Assembly (NCBI GenBank): GCA_950097015.1
Contig: CATNEN010000005.1
Coordinates: forward strand, 4,092,001 to 4,156,000
DNA: 64,000 nt
Origin: Macrostomum hystrix
Taxonomy: Eukaryota; Animalia; Platyhelminthes
Direction of reading: 5' to 3'
The number at the start of each line of letters is the position of its first letter. The stretch's first letter is position 1. Made by a program: the position numbers and the translations under genes. Of this stretch, positions 22,092 through 34,271 are shown in pieces. The notes under the pieces are model-generated. The model was not told the DNA's origin. It did no database searches and worked only from the letters and a program-made list of their open reading frames with translations.

Positions 22092-22978
22092 AGAAAAAAT
22101 GTTTATAAATTACTTCATGGGGTTTTTAAGACTATTAAATTTTTTTACTTTTATTGTCTATGGTAAAAAGTATCACTGATGCGATTCATCAGTGGTCTAT
22201 GGCCGACACTGGTTTTCACTAAAATTAAGATATTCTACACTGGTTTTGTTTTTTCAATGTCTATGGTTAAAATTCCTTGTTTTGACATTGTGATCCACAC
22301 GTCGTCTATGGTCTAAGCTGGTTTTGTTTATATACTTCGTTTTGTTCATAGTCTATGGTTAAAAAATTCTTGATCTTTACTGGAGATCCGTTCGTAGTCT
22401 ATGGTTGAAACTGATATTTTCTGTGACTTAAGTGAATTTCGAGACAAAATTACTTCCTAGACTATGGTTAACAATCTGCTAATAATATTTACAAGCAGAA
22501 TGAATCTGTTTCATATTTTAACTCTATGGCCTAAATTATGAGTGTACAGATTTGTTACTAAGGCCCAAAAAGGCTTGCTTTTCTCTTTGGCTAAATTCAA
22601 ATGACAAATTGAATATGCGAAAATGAGTTTTATGTTTTACTGTTTTTGTGACAGTTTTCTATGATTTTTAGCAAAGCTAAAAAAATGAACCCCGTCTTTT
22701 TTATATTTTTATGTAATTTGAAACATGCTATTTTGTCTATTATAAGCAAACTAAAATGTTTGTTATATCTTGTTATCTTGTTATATTTGTTATAGGGTAT
22801 TTTGATGCTTCGTTTTGTGCACCGATTTATTATTTATACAATCGTCAGTTATGCTCGTACTAACCGTTTTTTTCTTAGATCGTAAATAATAACCTTAAGA
22901 AAGCCTAAATCATGCTTAAAATATGTTAGTAGATAATTTACGTTTTTTATGCCACAATAAATTGATGTGAAATCAACT

Positions 22979-23057
22979 AGCCAATCAGAAACTGACTAGG
23001 CTGTTTTAAGAATCAATAAAAAATTTGCATGCGTTTTTGAAGAGCCAATCAGAAACT
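22979..23057 (+). promoter_or_regulatory. Paired CCAAT boxes, candidate promoter of the DUF4807-like gene
   Basis: agccaatcagaaact occurs twice (about 22979 and 23042) between the TIR gene 3' end and the next coding exon. Its function is inferred. Confidence 0.35.
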
Positions 23058-23073
23058 AGTTAGTGGTTTTAAT

Positions 23074-23150
23074 GGGGTGAGTGGCAGAGCGGTTAACGCG
23101 TTTGCCTCTCGCACCAAGGTCCCTGAGCTCGATTCCGCCGCGCAGCCCCC
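23074..23150 (+). mobile_element. SINE family B, tRNA-like head only
   Basis: gagtggcagagcggttaacgcg...gagctcgattcc matches the head of the copy at 28082-28355. Confidence 0.75.
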
Positions 23151-23499
23151 CAGCAATCATTGCTATTATTAAGGTTTAGAATTGTTATTATCTAGCCTAT
23201 ATTTGACGCGCCTGCTTAGTTTTTACTTTTTTTTAAACAACTTTTGCTATGTTTTCCTTGCATTGTTGCCATACAAAATCTACCGTTTTCTGATTGAAAT
23301 TATGTGCCACGAATATAAAATATTTTAATTAGTTATTCTTACTATTTAATTCTCATTCTAGGCTGTCAATATAAAAAATCATTGTTTTTTTCTGAAATAT
23401 TCCAAAGATGTGTAATTGCAGCATTAATTTATATTTTTTTCATACATTAACATACTACTTTTGTGTGACCACACTGTGCTAGCTGTCATATTTGCTCTT

Positions 23500-23925
23500 T
23501 GTATGACCAGATTGTTTAATGAGTAGTCTGTATGACCAGATTGTTTAATGAGTAGTCTGTATGACCAGATTGTAATTAGCAGTCTGTATGACCAGATTGT
23601 GTAATTAGCAGTCTGTATGACCAGATTGTAATTAGCAGTCTGTATGACCAGATTGTGTAATTAGCCGTCTGTATGACCAGATTGTATAATTAGCCGTCTG
23701 AATGACCAGATTGTATAATTAGCCGTCTGAATGACCAGATTGTATAATTAGCAGTCTGTATGACCAGATTGTGTAATTAGCCGTCTGAATGACCAGATTG
23801 TATAATTAGCCGTCTGAATGACCAGATTGTATAATTAGCAGTCTGTATGACCAGATTGTGTAATTAGCCGTCTGAATGACCAGATTGTATAATTAGCAGT
23901 CTGTATGACCAGATTGTGTAATTTA
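23500..23925. repeat. 29-bp minisatellite (gtctgtatgaccagattgtgtaattagca)
   Basis: About 14 tandem units. Confidence 0.9.
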
Positions 23926-23996
23926 TAGTTGTTTAATACTGGCAGGTAATTTGGTGGTAAAATCTTTAATTAAATTCAGTTTTCTACCAATTGCAG

Positions 23997-26701
23997 GCGG
24001 TTCTGCTGATTCAACGCAGCTCGCAGTCTTCGCCGCTAGAGCACATCGCTGCTGACCTACCCGATGCCGAATTTAGCATAGGCAAAGACAGCGCAGAAAA
24101 TTATTACTTTAATGCTAGACTATTTGGCTGCAATGGTAGGCCGGATTGATTTAGAGTAATAAAAAATTTAATAGTACAGTCAAATTTTTTAGGCAGAGAA
24201 GAAGAATTAAGTTGTGGCGTTTACAGAAAAGTCTGTAAATTAGACAGTAAAATGTGTTGTAGACAGCAGTAGATTGAATTGATTAGAGTAGAAAATTGTA
24301 AATTAGAGTTTACTGACTTGTAGATTTTGTACGGTAGAGTAACCAGAATAGTAAATTGTGTAGATTAAACAGAATAGTAAATTGTGTTAAGTAAAAATAA
24401 TTGTAGATTATGTGGAGTAGACAGAATAGCATATTGTATAGGGTAGACAGAATAGAAGATTGTATAGGGTAGACAGAATAGCATATTGTATAGGGTAGAC
24501 AGAATAGAAGATTGTATAGGGTAGACAGAATAGCAGATTGTGTAGAGTAGACTGAATAGCAGATTGTGTAGGGTAGACAGAATAGCAGATTGTATAGAGT
24601 AGACTGAATAGCAGATTGTGTAGAGTAGACAGAATAGCAGATTGTATAGAGTAGACTGAATAACAGATTGTGTAGAGTAGACAGAATAGCAGATTGTATA
24701 GAGTAGACTGAATAGCAGATTGTATAGAGTAGACTGAATAGCAGATTGTATAGAGTAGACTGAATAGCAGATTGTATAGAGTAGACTGAATAGCAGATTG
24801 TGTAGAGTAGACAGAATAGCAGATTGTATAGAGTAGACTGAATAGCAGATTGTGTAGAGTAGACAGAATAGCAGATTGTATAGAGTAGACTGAATAACAG
24901 ATTGTGTAGAGTAGACAGAATAGCAGATTGTATAGAGTAGACTGAATAGCAGATGTATAGAGTAGACAGAATAGAAGATTGTATAGGGTAGACAGAATAG
25001 CAGATTGTATAGGGTAGACAGAATAGCAGATTGTGTAGAGTAGACTGAATAGCAGATTGTGTAGGGTAGACAGAATAGCAGATTGTATAGAGTAGACTGA
25101 ATAGCAGATTGTGTAGAGTAGACAGAATAGCAGATTGTATAGAGTAGACTGAATAACAGATTGTGTAGAGTAGACAGAATAGCAGATTGTATAGAGTAGA
25201 CTGAATAGCAGATTGTATAGAGTAGACTGAATAGCAGATTGTATAGAGTAGACTGAATAGCAGATTGTGTAGAGTAGACAGAATAGCAGATTGTATAGAG
25301 TAGACTGAATAGCAGATTGTGTAGAGTAGACAGAATAGCAGATTGTATAGAGTAGACTGAATAACAGATTGTGTAGAGTAGACAGAATAGCAGATTGTAT
25401 AGAGTAGACTGAATAGCAGATGTATAGAGTAGACTGAATAGCAGATTGTATAGAGTAGACTGAATAGCAGATTGTGTAGGGTAGACAGAATAGCAGATTG
25501 TGTAGGGTAGACTGAATAGCAGATTGTGTAGGGTAGACTGAATAGCAGATTGTGTAGAATAGACAGAATTGTAGATTGTGTAGAGTAGACTGAATAGCAG
25601 ATTGTGTAGAGTAGACTGAATAGCAGATTGTGTAGAGTAGACTGAATAGCAGATTGTGTAGAGTAGACTGAATAGCTGATTTTGTAGAGTAGAATGAAAA
25701 GTAGATTATGTAGAGTAGACAAAAAAGTTGATTGTGTAGAGCTGATGGAATAAAAAATTGTTTTTATTAAATGGGCAGAGCAGTATATAAATTTGTTTAG
25801 AGTAACTAGAGAAGCAGGTTGTCTTGAACAGGCTACAAAATTATTGCTTGCTAATTTGATTGATTGATTGACAAGTATAGCACACCAACCCGCAGCTCTG
25901 TGCCGTCATTTAGCCAGCCTAGCCGATCAGGCTGCCGCCTTCATTCAACAAGCTGCCATCCGCAGTGCTAAGCGTGGCTGTTTACAATGCTCTCGTCTAC
26001 TGCTGCAACATCAACAGAAAAGTCTTCTAGTCCTACCTAATCGTCTTTTAGTAGCATTAGCATCTGCAGCTTCATCCTCTCCTAGTAGCTTATTTATTAG
26101 TCAAATATTCGACAATCTACTGCCAAAAACATCGTCAGCTACAATCCTATTGGCTAGTCGGCCCTGGCTATGGCCCATAGAATCGCTAGACTTTGCCTGG
26201 TTTCATCGCCTACTAAGCATACTATGTCGAGCAATTTCTCTTGACGCCCTGTTAGCTTGGCTATCCACCCTAGGTGGGGGCTTCTCTAATCTAGGCGACG
26301 CATTCTCCGACGCAGCCGCTATAGCCGGCGAAATCGCTTGCCGACAATTTCGCGTCGCCATGGAATTAGACGACGCCGAATTGCAGTGCCGCTGTTGCAT
26401 CTGGTACGCGCAGAGTCTGCTACAGCGCGGCCAGATTAGGCGAAGCGCCCGATTGTTACGCTCGGCTTATGTGGCCGCTACAAAGCGTCCGGATGTGTCA
26501 CGTGATCAGCGCATCAGGCTCATGTGCCTAGGCGTATGGCGTAAACTGCAGGCGGCACAAATTAAGCGCAGATTAAATCGTATTAATCACAAGCTAAATG
26601 GCGACTATAGGCAACTGAAAAAACAGCAATATGACGATGAAAAACGCATGTATCGATCATATGATACGTCAGCCATTGTTGGTGCAATAATGGCCGTTTG
26701 A
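23997..26701 (+). CDS. DUF4807 / C. elegans F58A4.6-like conserved protein, at least 2 exons, no genomic ATG found
   Basis: Exon 23997-24135 (AVLLIQRSS...FGCN) joins in phase 1 to 25881-26701. It contains LAWLSTLGGGFSNLGD and CRCCIWYAQSLLQRG, which match the family signature as I recall it (WLSTLGGAFSALG ... RC..YAA.SL.QRG). Confidence 0.7.
24400..25740. repeat. 26-bp minisatellite (tagcagattgtatagagtagactgaa), DUF4807 intron
   Basis: About 50 units. This array produces the 470-aa pseudo-ORF. Confidence 0.95.
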
Positions 26702-27583
26702 AACCTAATTTAAACATGCCTCTATATGGACATAAATTGACACCAGAAATGTTTCATTTTGCAGCCAGTAAATTATCATTTAAAGTTATTTTTCATTTAC
26801 TTTTTTCTGTGTGGATGTTTCGTGATAACTGAAACTGTAATACCACCTATAGTAAACAATGGATTGCGCTATTGTTTTTTTGTTGTTTAATTGCTCTCTT
26901 TATAGACAAAAAATAGATTGATAGATTGAATCCTCACTTGTTATTTAATTATTATTAAGTCCTAACGTGACGGAGAGATAAGATGCGAAAGAGATAAAGC
27001 TCGAGTGATAAGAATAGTAGAGATTTGACTAGAGGAAGATTAGACTGGAAAGATTTTAGACGGGGGGAGAGATAAGACATAGGAGATTTGAGACAGGGGA
27101 GAAATGCGACACGAGATGGATAAGGCGTGAGAAATGATACATGCGAGAGATCGGACAGGTGAGAAAAAAAGATGAGGTATAAAACAGGTGCGAGGTATGG
27201 CAAAAGACGGGACATATCGGACAGGAGATGATGAGACAGGAGAGCTTATGCAGGATAGAAAAATGGAAATATTCGTCAAGGTAGATTATATTTAGTGTGG
27301 TGTTGTCAGAGCATTACAGCGGCTTTCAATAAAACCAACCGAGGCTCATTTTCGAAAAAGCGTCAGTTATTACAAATAAATAAATACAAATAAAACACAT
27401 ATCCTAAAAATGTTGCATTGCAGTATTCAGCTGACTTTAAATGTTTCTCATTTTTTTCTACTTAGTGGCCTATTCATGCACACTACTTGTAGTAGTAAGG
27501 AACAAGTCTTGTAATCGGTTAACAGGATTCTTAATTATGATTAAAAATAGATGTCTTTTTAATATAATTATTACTGCTTTCAG

Positions 27584-30500
27584 GACTTGCCGCAATCGTC
27601 TGAGGAGAGCAGTTCAAGTCTGCTGTTCTCAGTGCCTCAAACCCTGGGACCCACACCGCCTGTGAGTGCTGATTTATTTGCTATTGAGAATTATTTGAGA
27701 GTGGAATTGGAAGATTGGAGTGGAATGGGAAGATTCGAGTGGAATTGGAGATTAGAGTGGAATGGGGAGATTCGAGTGAAATGGGAAGATTCGAGTGGAA
27801 TGGGAAGATTAGAGTGGAATGGGAAGATTCGAGTGGAATGGGAAGATTAGAGTGGAATGGGAAGATTCGAGTGGAATGGGAAGATTCGAGTGGAATGGGA
27901 AGATTCGAGTGGAATGGGAAGATTCGAGTGAAATGGGAAGATTCGAGTGGAATGGGAAGATTAGAGTGGAATGGGAAGATTCGAGTGGAATGGGAAGATT
28001 CGAGTGGAATGGGAATGGGAGGATTGGAGTGGAATGGGAAGTTTAGAGTGGAATGGGAAGATTCGAGTGGAATGGGAAGATTAGAGTGGGAGCGAGAAGG
28101 CGATTCTGCCCATTCCACTGACTCTTGAGTACACGCTCACACAGGTGTGTACATCTGTCCTGACTTTCTCATCGTCAGGCAGTGTACACTGTCACAGTGC
28201 CTTGGAGGTTAGCCTTCAAGGGCGTAAATTGCACGACAAGCTCCCAAGCCTTCTCTCCGCGGCTGCGCCCCAAATGAATGTGGCCTCGCTGCAAAATCGA
28301 GCTCCGGGACCTTGGTGCGAGAGGCAAACGCGTTAACCGCTCTGCCACTCACATCCCGTGGAATGGGTAAGGTTAGAGTTTCAAAGGGAATATTTAGGGA
28401 GGGTATAAGATAAATGTGTCAGTTAATAGATGGCACTGACGATGAAAGTAGTTAAAAACGTGTGAGCTAAGTTGACCAGATATTGAGCGCAGAAAAACTT
28501 TTGCACTACGTGAATGAATAGCACGCATTATTCTATTTATAAAAATGTAAAGTGCTAGCCAATAATAGTACAAAAGGATGATAAAATGCAAACTCAATTT
28601 CTGGTCAGCTTGGTGGTCGCTGTTCAACGACTAGTAACGACGTGACCGATTTTGAAGTGTCTTACGACACCGCCGCCTATTCCCAGTTGGCTAACATTGG
28701 CAATTCGGCTGCTAACAATGAGCCGGCGCATAGTGATCCCTATCCCGGTGAAAGATTCGGCCTACCTAGCGGACAAGAAATTCCCGGCATTGGCTTGTCA
28801 TCTAGTCACAGCGGCGCCAGTACCAGCGCCAATAAGGATCAAGTAGGCCCCGCTTCCAACAATTCGTCTGCTCGAGTTGGTTCAAGCGGTGAGCGCTTCA
28901 GATGGCCTGGGATTTACCATACCGGTATACAACCCTTATCAAACCGTTATCCAAGCAGTATCGTACTGTTATCCAACCCCAACAGTACCGTTATCCAACC
29001 ATTATCAAATCGTTATTCAGCCCTCACCAAACCGTTATCCAACCCATTACCATACAGTTATCCAATCATTACCGTACCGTTATCTAACCCTCATCGTACC
29101 GATATCCAAATCATAATCGTACCGTTATCCAATCCTTATCATACCGTTATCCAATCCTTAGCCTACAGTTATCCAATCCTTATCGGATATCAAACCATAT
29201 AATAAACGATATCCTTCCGGTATCCAACCGTTATCGTATTATATTAACCGTTGTTTAACCAATATTCCACAGTTACCATACCGTTATCATCCTACCTTTA
29301 TTCAAACGTTGTAGCCTAGTGGTTAGAGCGTCGGACTCACGACTTGAAGGTCGGGGGTTCGATTCCCGACTCCACTGGAACAATTTGTGTCCTTTAGCAA
29401 GACACTTAACTCTGCATTGCTTCAGTTCACCCAGGTGTTAAATGGGTACCAGCATCAGCTGGGGTAATTGAAGGTGGGTGTGGCGTCCCCCCAGTCCATG
29501 GACTGAACAGCCGTACGCAGCCTTCAGATGCGCCGCGCAATAGCTGCGGCTGTGCTGTCGGCTGCATAACTGACCCGATTGGGACAGGTGTAGTCAATTA
29601 TTATTAATTTATTTATTCAACTATTATCCTACCGTTATCCAACCATTATTTAAACATTTTTCGGCTCTTAGCTTACCTTTTATCCGCATTCGCTAGTCAT
29701 ACTCTCCATTAAATTACTTTCCAATCTTAACCGCTAGTTTTATATAGTAATAATACTATTGTAACTTAACCAGCCAGTTATTATTATTACTGAATCTCAA
29801 TTCACACCCTCTCCTCTCTCCCAAACTACTAACCAATGCGCTTATTAATCATAGCTCACAAATTAGACGATAGAGGCCCTGTTCGACCCTGCCAAATCAT
29901 GATGTCATCCGCCTCTGCAGTCGCTGAAATATCGACAGCCGGAGGCCTAGCGGAGGCTGCAGAAAACGATGAAGATGAGATTGACACACCAGATCAGTAC
30001 GATTTAAGATTGTCACAATCGATTCTTACTACTGCTGCTGCTGCTGCCGCCACTGCTCCAACTGACACCGCCACGCGTACTGTGGATTCCGGCTCGAATA
30101 AAAGCAGAGAGTCGGTCATTCTAATTTGCGACTCAAGCAATGACGGGTATCCATAATCCTATAACCCATTATTCCAACATTCTTGCATAATTCCACCATT
30201 CTCCAAGAATTCCATTATTCCCCAAGAATTCTACCATTTCTTTCATAATTACATCGTTCTCCTATAATTAAATCATTCTCCCACAATTCTACCGTTGTGC
30301 CGAAATTCCATTGTCCCATGATTCCACCATTATCCCACAATTCCACCATTGTCCCATGATTCCATCATTATCCCACAATTCCACCATTGTCCCATGATTC
30401 CATCATTATCCCACAATTCCACCATTGTCCCATGATTCTTCCATTATTCCATAATTCCACCATTCTACCATTATTCCATCATTCTCCCATAATTCCATCA

Positions 30501-33500
30501 TTCTCCCATAATTCCATCATTTTCCTCTAATTCCATCATTATCCCATAATTCCATCATTTTCTGTCAACTGTCACCCACCGAAATTTTCAATTTTCTCCT
30601 TAACTAACACTTCAGAAAGTACGCTCAGCCAGCTGTCATCGTTGGTTCGAATCCGCCAACTGTAAGCGATTCCTGCGGCGAATCTCCGCAGAGGCATCAG
30701 CAGCAGCTAGTTTCCCAGATGCCACCGCCGCCTCCTTCATCGTCTGGCGCCAGTCGGAAGCGCAATGCTGCTACGTCGTCCTGCGACACAGCCGCATCCG
30801 GCTACAGCAGCGGAGCTTCAGTCGGGGCCAACAGTCGCGGCCCTAGAAAGCGTCAGAAGCAGCAGACGCAGTCAAACGCTATGAATCCGCCGCCTCCGCC
30901 TCAGCCTGCCCCTAATCGGCCGTCGACATCTTCAACTGGATCGTCATTATTTGTGCCCGCATCGCGCCCCGGCTTGCCAACGGAATCGGTTGTTTGGCGT
31001 GCAAATTTTCCCGGCAGCAATCTGGCTATCGGGCAGTACAACTGTATGATGCTGTGCTACCCGATGCCTATAGCCAGTGAAGTTGTACAGCGAGTTACCA
31101 CGGCCTTAAATGATTTACTAGGCCAAGGTATTCGCTTTGCCGACTTGCCGCAGCATCAGCGACACCCGGATGCCGCCTACGATGGCGATAATAGTAGTTC
31201 TACTAGTATGGCTTCTGCTCCTACTGCTGCTGCTGCTGCTGCTGCTGCGGCGGCGGCTACGAAGGCCGATGCGTCCGACCCTCGACGATCCGATGTTGCC
31301 AATTTAGGCCGCGTTGTCGGCGTTGGCCCCTCCAACAACAGTTCGACTGTCACTCAACCGGTGCAGTCGGCTAGTTTTGTACCAAAGATGGCTATTGCTC
31401 ACGGTATTGCAACACAGATTGATGACGATGAATCGGGCAGGTTAGTTTTATTTCCATTATTGTTTTCCAATTGATTATACAAAGTTTTTAGTGGGTTTTG
31501 TTTGTCAAATATAGAGATTTACAGCCAGCGTCACAGTGGCAGCTATTACACGGCTTCAAAAGCCTCCCTACTTCAAGATAGGTCCCAGACCAACTGGCCG
31601 ATTTTCCTACAAGTCCACTATTTGGATCTAACTTTTCTCTGCCCTTCGCGATGAACCAACTTTCGAAGCCGTCCGACTTTAGCATGGTCGAGATATTCAA
31701 CGATTCTTGTCAAAGACCCTGGTGACAAGGACAACTAACATTTGTTAGTATTCTATGGCGAATCCATATTGGTTCAGGATATTCAGTATTGGTATTATAT
31801 GCTATTAGACCAATTTTAGCCCATTTTCTGCATTTTCACGGCAATTGGTTGAATATTTTGGGAGATAATGTGAGTATTTAAAATATACCTCGTAGTCTTT
31901 CTGCTGTTCTGCTGCTGTCCGTGGACTGGGCAGGCCTTGATGATATATTCTTGATGCTCAGTTCACAATTTCTGCCCATTCCGCTGGCTCCTGAGTATGC
32001 ACACGTACACAGGTGTGTACATCTGCCCTGACTTTCTCATCGTCAATCAGTGTACAATCTCGCTGTGGAGGTTGGCCCTCAATGGGCTAAATTGCACGAC
32101 AAACCCCAAAGCCTTCTCTCCGCGGCTGCGCCCCAAATAAATGGAGCGATCATGGACCTTGGTTCGAGAGGCAGACACTTAAGACCGCTCCGCCACTCAA
32201 CTCATCTCCTTCTCCCCAGTCCATGGACTGAACAGCCGTATGATGCAGCTTTCAGATGCGCCGCGCAATAGCTGCGGCTGTACATTTTCGCTGAACATTT
32301 AGTATTAACTATAAAAATTATTTTAAAATATATTGTTTCTCAGCCTAGTCTACGCGCTATGGCGAGCCGACAGATTTTTCTACGCCGGTCGCATTGTTGG
32401 CGGCGAGAATGGCTCCGGTCCCGTCGAACCGTTTCGAGTTCATTTCGAAGACGGCAGCATCGCTCCGTCGGTGCTGTTCAATCAGATTATCTGGCTGAAA
32501 CTACTACCAGTAGGCACGGCGGTTCGCGCCGATTCAAATCGCAGCGGAACCTTCGCTGCCGGCTACAGAATCGACGCCCACCTGGACAATGGCCAAGGCT
32601 ATTTAGTTCGTCGAGAATCTACCGGCGACAGATTTGAGCTAGGTCGGGCCGGTGTCGCTCTGACTAAAGATCAGGCTAGAAATTTCCTGGCCGGAAGCAA
32701 GCCTTCTCCTAGTGTGGCTGAAACTTCTGAAACTTCTTCTTTAGCCTGCGCAGTTGATTTTGGCGCTATGTCGGAGGCCAGTAACAAATCTCAAACTAAT
32801 AGGTCTCGTAGACTGCGTCGAGAAAAGATCCTCAGGGACAGCTGGTTACCGGAGCCCCCTGCTGATGTTTGCCCACCTGAGAGGTGAGCATTTTATCTGC
32901 CATTTTGTATTATGTGCATTACATTGGTTTGGGGGAATGTGCATTACATTGGTTTTGGGAAATGTACAATCCATTGGTTTTGGGAAATGTACAATCCATT
33001 GGTTTTGGGAAATGTACAATCCATTGGTTTTGGGAAATGTACAATCCATTGGTTTTGGGAAATGTACAATCCATTGGTTTTGGGAAATGTACAATCCATT
33101 GGTTTTGGGAAATGTACAATCCATTGGTTTGGAGGAATGTACAGTCCATTGCTTTGGGAGGAATGTACAATCCATTGGTTTGGGGGAATGTGCAATCCAT
33201 TTTTTCGGGGAATGTGTACTCATTTTTTCTCATTCGCTACCCTGAAGGTCGGGTTCGCGACGTCGCGGCGGTGGCAACACTCCGTGCACGCCAAAGTCGG
33301 CTCCTCGAGCGTCGCCGAGTTCGGTAACTCCGCGATTGCCCCAACGAGCGCGGCCGCCTCCGCCTCCGCTGCCACTGTTGAATAAGTCGACTAACGATGA
33401 AATACTCACCGACGATGACAATCAGCCGTCTCCGTCGTCGCCGCCTCGTCGTAGTCCCAGACGCGGATTGTTATCAGAACAGCAGGATAAGCCGAATCAC

Positions 33501-34271
33501 CTTGGCCCGTTGCCAACCAGCAGGACATTGTTCTATGGCTTCACTGTCTTACTGTCGCAATCGCCATGTCCAATTGCGGACGAATTATTGCCAATGTCGT
33601 TAGTTGCTAAGCAGCGCAGAGCCAAAGAGTCATTCAACTTGGCTTGGCTACGGCGTCAGTTAAGCGAGGGTGGCGCCGCTATAGTTGACAAATTAACTCC
33701 AGAACTGTTGGAGCAGCATGACAATGGTCTGACTCGCATTGTTCTAGTGTCGCCTTCATTTAGCAGGTCGGAGAAATTCCTACAGTGCCTTGCGGCTAGA
33801 TCCGTACACTGCGTATCAAACATGTGGGTGGCTGACAGCTGTTCGCTTGGTGTCCTGCAATCCATCGACACCTATGCCCATCCCCGTGGCTGGGATCCGG
33901 TAAATCACCAAATTGTGCCTTGGTCGTCGGTCTCCGCCCAGCAACAAGCTTGCATCTTTCAGTCTAATCTGCTAATAGTAGCCGTGTCTGACAATGCCAA
34001 CCTGTTACAGTTGTGGGCCAATATTTTCAACAGAACTGGCGCCAACGTTCTACAATTACAAGCGCGTCAAGTGTTGTCATTTAGTGACTCATCGTTGATT
34101 TCTGAAGGCGATATTCAAAGTCGACTAGCTTGGCTCGATGAAGACACCTGCTCCCTAGCTGTTAAACGTCGCCTAATTGAGTTAAACTGTCAGACAGTGT
34201 GTAGGGATTATTTTGTCGCCTGCTTGGTATGCGGCCAACAGCTGCCATTGTTGGACCAATTCAAGGTTTAA
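27584..34271 (+). CDS. TP53BP1: p53-binding protein 1 orthologue, 6 exons found (about 1012 aa), first codon uncertain
   Basis: Exons are 27584-27661, 28609-28888, 29855-30146, 30616-31440, 32344-32883 and 33248-34271 (3039 nt, phases consistent). It has a tandem Tudor (VYALWRADRFFYAGRI...FEDG...VALTKDQ), a candidate LC8-binding GIATQI and tandem BRCT (LGPLPTSRTLFYGFTVLL, SRSEKFLQCLA, CVSNMWVADSC). Confidence 0.9.
27700..28090. repeat. 19-bp minisatellite (gagtggaatgggaagattc), TP53BP1 intron 1
   Basis: About 20 tandem units. Confidence 0.9.
28082..28355 (-). mobile_element. tRNA-derived SINE family B copy
   Basis: It has a tRNA-like head, the body ggggcgcagccgcggagagaaggc, the hairpin ctgacgatgagaaagtcag and a 3' gcagaatcgccttctcgct truncated at the minisatellite. 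Confidence 0.85.
28910..29300. repeat. Degenerate minisatellite (ccgttatccaa-like), TP53BP1 intron 2
   Basis: Recurrent cgttatcc / ttatccaa units. Confidence 0.7.
29308..29610 (+). mobile_element. Near full-length tRNA-derived SINE family A
   Basis: It has A and B boxes, the central gtgtcctttagcaagacacttaac...cacccaggtgttaaatgggtacc (resembling conserved central domains of metazoan SINE superfamilies) and a tail ending gtgtagtcaattattatt. Fragments occur at about 32213-32282, 34545-34606 and 44090-44128. Confidence 0.9.
30170..30565. repeat. Degenerate about 19-bp minisatellite (ttccaccattatcccacaa), TP53BP1 intron 3
   Basis: Tandem ttccatcatt / ttccaccatt units. Confidence 0.75.
31960..32200 (-). 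mobile_element. Diverged SINE family B copy, TP53BP1 intron 4
   Basis: Colinear with 28082-28355 (gtgtacatctgccctgactttctcatcgtca...cgcggctgcgcccc). Confidence 0.8.
32930..33210. repeat. 25-bp minisatellite (aatgtacaatccattggttttggga), TP53BP1 intron 5
   Basis: About 11 units. Confidence 0.9.

Noticed and set aside
24310-25722. 470-aa minus-strand ORF, and similar repeat ORFs at 27681-28128, 32754-33385, 54510-55362, 61309-62162 and 62519-62971
   Set aside because: They coincide exactly with minisatellite arrays in introns or flanks of genes on defined strands.
29308-29375. tRNA gene candidates (also 1715-1778, 23074-23150 and 28290-28355)
   Set aside because: They have A/B boxes but no complete acceptor stem, and they continue into shared SINE bodies, so they are SINE heads.
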